64,000 nt of DNA, from the IMG/VR virus record IMGVR_UViG_3300042504_002519, positions 1-64,000 of that record. The stretch is one strand, 5' to 3'. The notes under the pieces are model-generated. The model made no database searches. It was given only the letters and a program-made list of their open reading frames with translations, and had not been told where the DNA came from. Every line of letters begins with the position of its first letter. Positions within the stretch are counted from its first letter, which is position 1. The position numbers and the translations under genes are program-made. The DNA comes from a virus. This document shows, piece by piece, positions 55,347 through 64,000 of this stretch.

Positions 55347-56099
55347 TTAGTTCACCCCTGGATAGGTCCATCGAGCCCGGTAGCCCCGGCCATCAATATG
55401 CACAAACCCCTGGCCCCGGGCTAGCCCGCCTCGACTAGCCCACCATGGATCCAAACGATTATACACATTCACCAACGATACACCAGGGATGTGAAAGTCC
55501 ACGGCATCGCCAACCATATGCCGACTCTGGCTGGCACCGCCTATCCTGCGGTTAGTCACCGGATCCCGATACCAGGAGTTAACCACGACTGGTGCGCCGC
55601 CGAATAGGCCACGAACATTCTGCATCACCTCAGCGATCTTGATAATTTTGTAGACCACATCCGGGTTAGCAGGTTGCCGGTAGCTGCCAGCGCTATCGAC
55701 ATGGAGCGCTTCACCCCAGGTAAAGCTCTGGCTTTTTAGGCCAATTGAGTCGGTGCTGTAGTAGTTGCCATTGAACCCTGGCAGGACGATGCCATAGCCT
55801 TTGGCGGTATCGCTGGGGGTATCCTTGGGGTCATTATCCACGCCATGGCCCTGGGGATCCATGCAATGCTGGGCGTAGACCCACCAGGTATTTTTGCGGG
55901 ATGGGTGCAGGGTGGCCAGGTTGAAGCCTGTGGCATCGACGGTGAAGCAAATGTGGCCATGCTCATGGCGATAGGCAAGGATCGGTAGCACCGTACCCCG
56001 GATTACCTTGGCTACATCCTCAATGGGAAAGCTGGCCGCTGGCTCATGGCTAGGCTTCAGGTAGGTATCGACGGTAATGGTGATGGTGGGGCGTTCCAT
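55347..56099 (-). CDS. Peptidase M15A (probable endolysin)
   Basis: NSWYRDP..N..IGGASQSRHMVGDAVD..FVHID.RG. Confidence 0.88.
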   Translation of the reverse strand: MERPTITITVDTYLKPSHEPAASFPIEDVAKVIRGTVLPILAYRHEHGHICFTVDATGFNLATLHPSRKNTWWVYAQHCMDPQGHGVDNDPKDTPSDTAKGYGIVLPGFNGNYYSTDSIGLKSQSFTWGEALHVDSAGSYRQPANPDVVYKIIKIAEVMQNVRGLFGGAPVVVNSWYRDPVTNRRIGGASQSRHMVGDAVDFHIPGVSLVNVYNRLDPWWASRGGLARGQGFVHIDGRGYRARWTYPGVN

Positions 56100-56212
56100 A
56101 GCATCTCCTGGGTGATATAGCCTCGTCGGCCACTACCAGAACGCCTGCGGCCTGCATCCTGGATCCAAACGGCAGCAATGACGATAGTTAGTAGCAGGGC
56201 GATAGTACGCAT
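56057..56212 (-). CDS. Small membrane/secreted protein upstream of endolysin (51 aa; not in ORF track)
   Basis: MRTIALLLTIVIAAVW then RRRSGSGRR; late promoter at 56234-56246. Confidence 0.45.
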   Translation of the reverse strand: MRTIALLLTIVIAAVWIQDAGRRRSGSGRRGYITQEMLWNAPPSPLPSIPT

Positions 56213-56388
56213 GGCTGGACCGGGCTAGCTAGCTATAGGGTGCCCAGCCGGTTGACAGCCACTAGCCTACGGTTTATAGTTGGGTTGTGCCCTGCACACG
56301 AACTCCTAACTCTCTGCCCTCAGCACCTTGGGAAAATGCTGGGGGTTTTTTATTGACTGGGCACCCTAGGGTTAGCGCTAGGCAGCCT

Positions 56389-57447
56389 ATGCTAATCAAA
56401 ATTGACAACCCTATCCTTGGCTTCATAGACTTTAAGTCGGCCAAAGGTGGCAGCAAAAAGTGCGTTAAGGGCAAAGTGTGTGGCCTCACCTGCATCGCTA
56501 AAAGCCGGGTGTGTCGGATCGAGCTGAAAGGGGCCAATAAGGCAGCCAGCAAATGGCTGGTCAGCCAAAATACTTCGACAGATGACGGCCCACCAACAAT
56601 GAAAGGCCGCATCGAACGAGGCATCGAGCTATATCGGGAAGAGTTGAAGGCGATTGATCTGGCCATGGCTGAACAACAATCAGCCCGGGCCAACGCATGG
56701 GTTCTATACGATCAGGCAGTAGCAGAAATTAAAGCCTTTCGGGCGCAGAACCCGGATCTGCCGATCCCGCGACCACTCCTCAGCAGCCTAGCCAATGCGT
56801 CGAAAGAACAACAACGGCTTGATCGTATTGCCAACAACTCTGAAGTGGACAAAGCCTTCGGTGCATTGCGAGGCAAGATGCTCGCCAACGGTGATATTGC
56901 CGCGGCGACAGATAAGGTTGGCCGCATATCAATAGATGCTGACCTTCCCGCCGTCAAGATCAGCAACCAAAGCGTGGAGGATGAGCTCAAGGATCTGCAT
57001 AGAATTAGCAGCAACCGTGTCGAGCGACTAAACAAAGTATGGCAGGATCCAGACCGCGAACGGGCCTACGCCGACGATGAAGGCATTATCAATGTAGGCA
57101 AGGTAGACGATCTAGTTAATCCTCGAGCACTATGGCATGAGTTCGGCCATCACATAGAGTTTGAGGATGACAACGTCAAGGCGGCGGCTAACGACTTCAT
57201 TCAGCAACGCCGAGATGGGTCTCCGCCGCAGAGGCTAAACGAGCTAGCTCCAGGATCGAACTACAACGACGACGAAATGGCCTATCCTGGCCGATTCATC
57301 GATCCTTATATGGGCAAGGTGTATGATGATGGAGGCACCGAGGTGATTTCCATGGGGCTCGAAGGATTCCGATCCGTTGAAGCCATGCGGAAGCTATACA
57401 GAGACGATCCAGAACTCTTTACCTTCATGCTGGGAGTGTTGTCATGA
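56389..57447 (+). CDS. Cys-motif family protein 3 with C-terminal HExxH metallopeptidase-like domain
   Basis: IDFK..KKCVKGKVCGLTCIAKSRVC; LWHEFGHHIE; YMGKVY..TEVISMG. Confidence 0.75.
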   Translation: MLIKIDNPILGFIDFKSAKGGSKKCVKGKVCGLTCIAKSRVCRIELKGANKAASKWLVSQNTSTDDGPPTMKGRIERGIELYREELKAIDLAMAEQQSARANAWVLYDQAVAEIKAFRAQNPDLPIPRPLLSSLANASKEQQRLDRIANNSEVDKAFGALRGKMLANGDIAAATDKVGRISIDADLPAVKISNQSVEDELKDLHRISSNRVERLNKVWQDPDRERAYADDEGIINVGKVDDLVNPRALWHEFGHHIEFEDDNVKAAANDFIQQRRDGSPPQRLNELAPGSNYNDDEMAYPGRFIDPYMGKVYDDGGTEVISMGLEGFRSVEAMRKLYRDDPELFTFMLGVLS

Positions 57448-57731
57448 ACTGGCGCTATCGACTCGACATTTACGATGTAGTAGTTTCGCTGGAAGCTGTT
57501 AGCCCCAACACGCCTGCTCTAGTCGCCTACGAGGGGGACGCGGATGGCATCGATGTCGTCAAATGGAACCTGAGCAATGCCTATGGGGCCTTTGGCCATA
57601 GCTTTGACCCCGAGTCAACCACCGCCACCGACCTCGACTATGCCCTATTCAGCACATTTCCCGGCGATGTCACCCGACTGACGGCTGCACCATCCTATGA
57701 TCCAGGCATCCCCCAGGGTGCCGTCACCTAG
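57444..57731 (+). CDS. Small acidic protein (candidate immunity partner)
   Basis: ATGA overlap with the upstream gene. Confidence 0.55.
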   Translation: MNWRYRLDIYDVVVSLEAVSPNTPALVAYEGDADGIDVVKWNLSNAYGAFGHSFDPESTTATDLDYALFSTFPGDVTRLTAAPSYDPGIPQGAVT

Positions 57732-58543
57732 CGCTTCGGAATATTCGTTATACCTGGCGTCCTGAAGGCTTGCCCATCCCAGCGGCCAACGATACCCACC
57801 AGGTTGCGGGTCCCATCGTACATCCGCACATCACCTGAGTCTGGATCCGTCGATAGGAAGTACTGGCCAGACTGGATCAAGGCCGTCACCCTCGGGATAT
57901 AGAGCCCCGACTGGGCCTGGAGGTGTGCCTTACCCCTGGCACTACCCTCAGCCCGTTGTCGCTCCGTCAGGGGCAGCCTAGGCCGTCCATCGGTGTTAGG
58001 GGTAGGCGTAGCTGTCGTTGCCTGCTGACCCCGGTCTATGGCGCTGCTAGGCACCTCTAGCAGCTCGATGTCAACCTGCACCCTAGCCGACTGGCCACCC
58101 GCCAGCCAGCCCACCTCGGTCACCGATAGGCTAGTCAGCACACAGGGCGCTAGGACCACCCGCTGAGCCATCACCAGCGACAAGACAGGTGGGTTATAGG
58201 TTTGCTCGCTCAGCTTCGCCTCAGTCAGCGCAGAGAGGCCATCCACCAGGGGCTGGACTGTCTTACCCAGCCACCATGCATCGAGCAACACCCCAGGCAG
58301 GCGTAGGCTACGGCCAGAGGTGTACTGGTACTGCTGGATCGGGGTCTTGGTGGCATAGGTAGCCCCTTCGGCATAGGTGGCCCGGCGCTCCCAGGTGATC
58401 TGGGTTGGGTTATAAAGAAAGTTCCATAGCCTAGCGGTCTGGGCATTGGCGGCGCTGGCATATTCGAGTAGGAAGCATTCCACCTGAGTGCCATGGGTAT
58501 GTTCGCCCCCTGGCAGCCCGTCCATTACATTTTGGTTCCACAT
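57728..58543 (-). CDS. Tail tube initiator (gpU/CIS tube-like)
   Basis: FLYNPTQI, PIQQY..G..L, PPVL; follows the tape measure. Confidence 0.7.
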   Translation of the reverse strand: MWNQNVMDGLPGGEHTHGTQVECFLLEYASAANAQTARLWNFLYNPTQITWERRATYAEGATYATKTPIQQYQYTSGRSLRLPGVLLDAWWLGKTVQPLVDGLSALTEAKLSEQTYNPPVLSLVMAQRVVLAPCVLTSLSVTEVGWLAGGQSARVQVDIELLEVPSSAIDRGQQATTATPTPNTDGRPRLPLTERQRAEGSARGKAHLQAQSGLYIPRVTALIQSGQYFLSTDPDSGDVRMYDGTRNLVGIVGRWDGQAFRTPGITNIPKR

Positions 58544-58551
58544 AGCGCCCC

Positions 58552-60792
58552 CTAGGCCAGGCTAGCCTGCTGATGTTCACTTAGCCAGATCTCGAAATAT
58601 CGCAGCACGTCCATGGCATGGGCTTCGGCAGTGCCAGCACCCAGGTTAATGGTGGGGTTAAAGTTGTAGTTGGTCTGGCCGCCACCGCCCATCGCTGCGC
58701 CTGCAGCAAATACCCTGGCCTGGTCTGGGCGCAGGATAAATTCACTGCTATTGGCGATAACTGGCTTAGCGCCTGGCGGAGCGCTGGCCTGCTCCTGGCC
58801 GATAGCACCCAGCAAGCCACCAAAGGCAACCGGCAACTGCCCCCCGGCCCGGCTAATAGAGGCAAAAGCTTCCGCCCCTGGAAGGTTACTAGCCGTAGAA
58901 CCCACCGTTGAGGTGGCGGGCTGGGCATCGCCACCCATGCCAGGGATCATATTCAGGACTTTATTTTTGATGGCAGTAAACAACTTGCTAATCGCGTCAG
59001 TGACGGTTGTGTGAGCGTTAACCAAGAAGTTTTCAACCCGGGTAATAACACCCATCAGCCCGTTGGCTAGGCCATCACGAATCTTTTGGAACCATTCGAT
59101 AGCCGTAGCAGAGACCGTATCCCAGTTCTTGGCGATCAAGAAAGCCAGAGCCGCAATGCCAGCGGCAACCGCCAGGATAACCAACAATGGCAAACCGATC
59201 AAGGCACCCAGGACCGCCGAGATCAGTCCGGCAAAGGCCATCGTCAATGCGCTGATCAATGCACCGACTAGGACAGTGCTGGCCCAGACGGTAAAGATGG
59301 CTAGCCCTATGAGCAAGACAGCTTTCCAGTCCAGGTTAGATAGGGCTGCACCAATGCCAGACAAAATGACCATGGCCATACGGCCCACCGCCACCAGCAA
59401 AGCACCCAGATCAACTTTTTCTAGGAACCGCCCAATCTGATTGATAAGTGCTGCCAAGATACGCCCCACCTGGCCACCTAGACCGCTCATGTCCAGCCCG
59501 GCCAGGGCGGTGGTGAGGCCATTGAAAATGCTGGCCAGTAGTTCACCGATAGGGGCCTGTTCCAGGAAATTAGCCGCGCCAGACAATAGCCGACCCAGGC
59601 CACCGGTAGCATCGGCCAAAATGTTCCCTAGAAATCCAGCCACATTCTCGCGGATAGTCCCCAAGTTGCTGAGTACCACATCCCGTAGGTTAGCCCCATT
59701 CTCGATCAAGGCTGCAAAGTTAAATACAAAGTCACTAACCGCCTGGATGCCGGTATTGATGCGGTTAAAGGCACCCTGCAAGGCCTTCATCGGGTCCATG
59801 GTGTTGAGCCCCAGCACCGTCCCGAGGGCAGCAATAGGCCCCTTGGTGCCAAATAGGCCCTCCTCCCCGATCAATGACTTGATTACCTCGTTGTAGGCAC
59901 TGAAGGCGCTCTGGGTGCCCTTCATCTGGTCGTCCAGGTCACGCATTACCCCAAAGATGCCGCCACTAGGGTCAAACAACACTGACTTAAAGCCCTGGAT
60001 CAAGCCATCAACCGACTCGCCAGCCTGTTTCTTGAAGTCTTCGGTGATAAATTTCTTGCCAACTTCCTCGATCAGCTTCACCCGGGCTTTGACATCCAGA
60101 TCTCGCAGCGTGGCAACACCTAATTCCTGCAGGCGCTTTTCAATTTCGTTGAGAATAACCGGGTTCTGCTCGAAGAATGCGATAGTGCGCAGCTCCCCCG
60201 TTCCAGCCCCGCTCAGCGCCTTGGTCAGCCCCAGCGATGTATTGCCGATCATTTTGGTGCTAGCTGCTGTTAATGCACCATACGATTCGGAAATACTTGC
60301 CACCGTATTTTCAAAGCCTTGTAGGTCCACTTCGCCATCAACGCCCTTGAAGGCCTCCAGCACATTGTCCTGGATGGTCGTTGCCAGGTTCTTATACTCC
60401 TGGGTGGCTCCAGGCAGAGTGGCGGCTGACTTAGCCAGGCGATTGTTAAGGTTTTCGATGACCGATACAGCCTCTTCATAGCTTTTGCCGGTCAGGCTGG
60501 CAAAGGTGGTGGCAGCATTGATCTGCTCTAGCTGTAGCTGATTGGCCTGGTTGATCGCCCCGGTGATGCTCTGGGCCGCCTCCTGGGCCTTGCCAATGGC
60601 AAAGTTAAAGCCCTGGGTCAGCAAGTTAGCCTTAAAGACTGCCCCAGTCAATGACTCGCTGACGCCCCTATTAACCTGCTGGCTGACGCCATCGAAGGTG
60701 CCACGGATCTGCTGACCAAGGCGCTTGATCGGCCCACTGGCAAAGTCCTGGGCGCTGATCTTGATAAACAGGTTGGATATCAGCCCTTGCAT
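58552..60792 (-). CDS. Tape measure protein
   Basis: Long Ala/Gly-rich helical protein, ISAQDFAS N-terminus, KNWD. Confidence 0.85.
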   Translation of the reverse strand: MQGLISNLFIKISAQDFASGPIKRLGQQIRGTFDGVSQQVNRGVSESLTGAVFKANLLTQGFNFAIGKAQEAAQSITGAINQANQLQLEQINAATTFASLTGKSYEEAVSVIENLNNRLAKSAATLPGATQEYKNLATTIQDNVLEAFKGVDGEVDLQGFENTVASISESYGALTAASTKMIGNTSLGLTKALSGAGTGELRTIAFFEQNPVILNEIEKRLQELGVATLRDLDVKARVKLIEEVGKKFITEDFKKQAGESVDGLIQGFKSVLFDPSGGIFGVMRDLDDQMKGTQSAFSAYNEVIKSLIGEEGLFGTKGPIAALGTVLGLNTMDPMKALQGAFNRINTGIQAVSDFVFNFAALIENGANLRDVVLSNLGTIRENVAGFLGNILADATGGLGRLLSGAANFLEQAPIGELLASIFNGLTTALAGLDMSGLGGQVGRILAALINQIGRFLEKVDLGALLVAVGRMAMVILSGIGAALSNLDWKAVLLIGLAIFTVWASTVLVGALISALTMAFAGLISAVLGALIGLPLLVILAVAAGIAALAFLIAKNWDTVSATAIEWFQKIRDGLANGLMGVITRVENFLVNAHTTVTDAISKLFTAIKNKVLNMIPGMGGDAQPATSTVGSTASNLPGAEAFASISRAGGQLPVAFGGLLGAIGQEQASAPPGAKPVIANSSEFILRPDQARVFAAGAAMGGGGQTNYNFNPTINLGAGTAEAHAMDVLRYFEIWLSEHQQASLA

Positions 60793-61252
60793 CACCTACG
60801 CCTCATGGATCGGTTCTCCGCCTCAACTGCTGCATTGTGGATGGCGATAGCCCGATACAGCCGCAGGATAGGCATTTCCTCATACATTGGCAGGCTGGCA
60901 AAGCTACGGCCACTCAGGTGGTAGACCGTCTCTAGGAATCGGTCGTCGTCGTAGTCGAGGACGCTTGCAAAAAAGGGGCCATCGCCTCTGATATCAAGGC
61001 AAAGTCGCCAATGCTTAGCTCTTCTAGCTGCACCAGGTTGATGTCACTTTGCTCGCCATAGCGAATGCAACAGCGGGCGGCCAGGCGTAGGGCTAGCTCC
61101 ACCTCATCGTCGAGGGGTATGTTCTCCTGCCGCATGGTGCGCCGGATGCCACGGATGTCGCCCACCGTTGGCCCACGGAACCCGATCACCTTGCCATTAG
61201 ATAGCGTTACCTGTCCGGCCCCGTCGTCGTCAGTCAGTCGTTGTAGTTTCAT
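60792..61252 (-). CDS. Tail assembly chaperone (short form 60932..61252; long form via -1 frameshift)
   Basis: Slippery C-CCT-TTT-TTG at 60968-60977; the -1 frame stays open to a TGA overlapping the tape measure ATG. Confidence 0.8.
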
Positions 61253-61701
61253 CAGCCACGGCTCCAGTCATTGGCCCGACCAGCCAGGGTAAGCATGGAT
61301 ACGTCCTGGCTTTTCTTATCCGACTCGATCAAGGTGAACCGGGTCGGCATGAAGCCATAGACAATAAAGGGAGCGCCAATGCTAACTGGATCTGGGGCGT
61401 ACTCAACCGGCTGGATGGTCAGCGTATAGCCACGGGCATTAACGTCGTTGCCGCGCCGTAGCCTAAAATTTTTCCACAGGGTAATGATTTCGTCATCCGT
61501 CTCGGGCTCATAGGCCTTGGTCAGCCCGATCTCGGCAATAGAGCGGGGCCCTAGGAGCGGGTAGATGCGATTGCTGAAACCATCGGAATATTCCGAAGTC
61601 TGGGTACTGTCATCAATACCCGAAAATGTCTCAAAATAACAGGTCAAGTCCTGCATTGTTACCAAGAACTGGTTCTTGGCAATAGGATTAATTCGTGGCA
61701 T
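61252..61701 (-). CDS. Tail tube protein (gp19-like)
   Basis: FETFSG, G....EIGLTKAY; follows sheath. Confidence 0.8.
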   Translation of the reverse strand: MPRINPIAKNQFLVTMQDLTCYFETFSGIDDSTQTSEYSDGFSNRIYPLLGPRSIAEIGLTKAYEPETDDEIITLWKNFRLRRGNDVNARGYTLTIQPVEYAPDPVSIGAPFIVYGFMPTRFTLIESDKKSQDVSMLTLAGRANDWSRG

Positions 61702-61740
61702 GGCAGTACGTCAGGGTTACTGCTCTTAGTGTGCCCAGGC

Positions 61741-63234
61741 CTAGCTAGTCCGTTCTACGACCTGATCAATCGCCACCCGAATGACGCCAACGAAGATGCG
61801 CTCAGCGGTCGGGCTAGGGGCCACATAGCTATCAATGCGGATGATGCCATCCTCCAGGTCCAGGGCTGGGTTATTGGTCCGGTCGCAAATGTTTAGAAAG
61901 GCATCAGCAGGCGTTGCGCCAAAGAAAGCACCGCCACTCCAGAACCGATAGGCCACCAGGTCAGCGGTCTCTTTGATGCGGTTGAACAATACGCCCTGGC
62001 CGTCGATCACCGAGAATAGGATCTTGCCATTGGTCAGCGCTGTGTATAGCGTCCGGGCATAGACATTGAGGATGACCCGGGTATTGATAAACCGATAGTA
62101 GGGGCTAACGCTACGGGTTCTAGCCCCATAGACAACGATGCCAAGGCCCTTCAGGTTTTTCACCACATTGATCTGGTTGGCATTGAGGTCAGCGTGTTCG
62201 CTACGGCTTAGTTTGACCAGCACATCCGCCACCCCCCGCAGGGGGAACTGGGGGCCTGCTGGAGGTTGGTTGAAGCCTTGGCTAGCATAACGGCGCAGGG
62301 CAACGGTAGCAGCAGCCAGGGCAGGGCTGATGTCGTCATTGTCGGTATCCTTTAGCCAAGGGCAATAGTAGGCTAGATGGCCCCGGTCGCTGGCATAGAG
62401 CATCCCTTCGGTCTTAAATTCAGCCTTGGTATCATTGCTGCTGGGCGGGCCACTATCAGCAAGGGCCATCCAGTCATAGTTTTCGCTGGCCGCTTTGGCC
62501 TCTAAGGTATTGGCGATCTGGGTGCGCTCAAACTGTCGGGTGAGGCTATAGAATGCCTCCGGGCATACCAGGAAGCCTTGCTCATCATCTTCGTCAAAGC
62601 TATTTTCGATGGCGTAGATGTAGTCCCAATAGTTAGCTGTCGCCGGTGCCGCCACAGCCGCCACCGTCAGGTTAGCGGTTGTTGCTACAGCGGTAAAGGC
62701 CGTAGCGGTGGGGTTCTTTTGACGAATGTAGAACTGGCTATTGGCAAAGACGCTGGCCCCGGCATCGTTGATCTCGTATTCAGCCTCGACGGCGGTATTG
62801 ATAGCGGTGGTGCCATTGATGGCGGTCACCAGGCCGGTGATGATGGTGGTCGCGGTCGGGGCGGGGCTAGCGGGGGCGGTGTAGGTAACCGCAGTGCCAT
62901 TGATGGTGACGGTGAACGCCCCAGCGGTAGTATTGGTGATGGTGACGGTAGTGACAGGGGCGATGGCCGCCTTGACGTAGTAGAACTGCCCATTGGGCAC
63001 ATTGCGAAAGAAAAAGGCAAGGTTATTTAGGTTGACGGCACTCGAGCTGGTAAAGACATTCTCGAAGTCGTCAACACTGATCACCTGGGTGGGAGTATTG
63101 GCGGTGCCACCGGTGGCGGTGCCAACATAGTAGACCCGGTTGAAGGGGGCGATAGTCGCTGGAATAGGCCCCTCAGCGTTTTCGTAGACGTAGACGCCTG
63201 GAGCGGTTTGGGTAGCAGCGTTGAGGGCAACCAT
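61741..63234 (-). CDS. Tail sheath protein
   Basis: APGVYVYE, YYCPW, PPAG, LNANQINV, VYGART, RFINTR, CDRTNN. Confidence 0.93.
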   Translation of the reverse strand: MVALNAATQTAPGVYVYENAEGPIPATIAPFNRVYYVGTATGGTANTPTQVISVDDFENVFTSSSAVNLNNLAFFFRNVPNGQFYYVKAAIAPVTTVTITNTTAGAFTVTINGTAVTYTAPASPAPTATTIITGLVTAINGTTAINTAVEAEYEINDAGASVFANSQFYIRQKNPTATAFTAVATTANLTVAAVAAPATANYWDYIYAIENSFDEDDEQGFLVCPEAFYSLTRQFERTQIANTLEAKAASENYDWMALADSGPPSSNDTKAEFKTEGMLYASDRGHLAYYCPWLKDTDNDDISPALAAATVALRRYASQGFNQPPAGPQFPLRGVADVLVKLSRSEHADLNANQINVVKNLKGLGIVVYGARTRSVSPYYRFINTRVILNVYARTLYTALTNGKILFSVIDGQGVLFNRIKETADLVAYRFWSGGAFFGATPADAFLNICDRTNNPALDLEDGIIRIDSYVAPSPTAERIFVGVIRVAIDQVVERTS

Positions 63235-63282
63235 AGCAGCTTGGGATAGACTGCTTTTAGTGTGCCCAGCCATGGATCCAGG

Positions 63283-63915
63283 CTAGGGAACCGGATAGTC
63301 TAGCTCCTGGTCAAGGACGTTATCATCCAGGTCGCCTGCCTTGGCCCGACGCAGGCCCACCTTGATTTCTTCCAGCGGGAATGGCTGGCCGGGGACCGGT
63401 ATCGATGGATCCACCAGGCCAACATCGGCCAGGTGCTGCACGATGTCGGAGTAGACCAGCACTGACAGACTCCAGGTTTGGTTGTAGGTGTAGATACCCT
63501 CAGATAGGCCGGTGAAGGACTCTGATACCAGCGCCATGGGTTCAAAGTTGACGATGCGGTTAAGCCCCTCCAGCTCGCCAGTATAGGCCGGGCTATAGCC
63601 ACTCAGGGCCAGCCAGCAACGGTCTAGCACCAAGTAGACGCCGCTATGGGTGGATAGGTTAATAAATTCTGCCTGCAGGCCCCATTCGATGGTCATCCGC
63701 TGGCTGAAGTCGCGGCGGATGGAGTCAATGATCTCGGGTGGGTCAAAGCGCCGTCGTTGCATCGAAAAAAATATCTGGCTGCGATAGGGCGCCAGCTCAA
63801 ATTCGACCGGGGAGGCCGGAAATGCTTGCACATCGACGCCAATAGGTTCCATCGCCAGCCGTAGCCGGTGGATGATGCCTGACTCCAGGGTATGCAGCAA
63901 CGAGGTAAGGGGCAT
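63283..63915 (-). CDS. Tail terminator/completion protein (Mu gp37-like)
   Basis: LESGIIHRL..FP..ALSGY.P..Y; upstream of sheath. Confidence 0.65.
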   Translation of the reverse strand: MPLTSLLHTLESGIIHRLRLAMEPIGVDVQAFPASPVEFELAPYRSQIFFSMQRRRFDPPEIIDSIRRDFSQRMTIEWGLQAEFINLSTHSGVYLVLDRCWLALSGYSPAYTGELEGLNRIVNFEPMALVSESFTGLSEGIYTYNQTWSLSVLVYSDIVQHLADVGLVDPSIPVPGQPFPLEEIKVGLRRAKAGDLDDNVLDQELDYPVP

Positions 63916-64000
63916 TAGAAGCTTTTCATCCCGTCATAGGTAAAGACCCGACCGGTGCCGTTGACCACAAAGGGTCGGTTGCCACGGCCCTCGGTCATTG
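63915..64000 (-). CDS. 3' end of a probable head-tail adaptor (Mu gp36/DUF1320-like), partial
   Basis: ...NGTGRVFTYDGMKSF*, coupled to the next gene. Confidence 0.45.
   Translation of the reverse strand, partial: MTEGRGNRPFVVNGTGRVFTYDGMKSF

Larger units (their letters stand above)
1..64000. mobile_element. Temperate cyanobacterial myophage/prophage (Mu-like head, contractile tail)
   Basis: Terminase, portal, MuF, protease, capsid, sheath, tube, tape measure, baseplate, integrases, ssb and dnaN; no host housekeeping operons seen. Confidence 0.93.

Noticed and set aside
1-64000. tRNA or rRNA genes, reverse transcriptase/DGR, introns
   Set aside because: No recognisable signatures found by eye

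Overview
The window is most of the genome of a temperate myovirus (phage or prophage), very likely of a filamentous cyanobacterium. Host clues are the cyanobacterial boxA motif, a SigF-like sigma factor, an XisF-like serine recombinase and a PatX-like peptide. It has Mu-like head genes, a contractile tail, a second cluster of fibre-like genes, a replication/methylation operon and three recombinases. The main result is a phage-encoded, miniaturised type I-E-derived CRISPR-Cas system: truncated cas8e, cas6e, cas7e and a short cas5e. No cas1, cas2, cas3 or cas11 is present in the window, but a PD-(D/E)xK nuclease gene is translationally coupled to cas6. Guides come from four dispersed leader-bearing arrays plus several solitary or mini repeats placed right after stop codons. 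Each array has two tiers. Long leader-proximal spacers include some that encode synonymous or homologous versions of this phage's own genes, so they appear to target relatives; two match the gene right next to the array. Very short distal guides have unit lengths clustering near 38 and 44 nt, and the terminal guide of one array matches the divergent cas promoter. Other points are a PatX/PatS-like RGTGR peptide, a family of probable capsid-packaged Cys-motif effectors, a phage-sigma late promoter motif and a tail chaperone -1 frameshift. All calls are by eye from motifs; no database searches were run.
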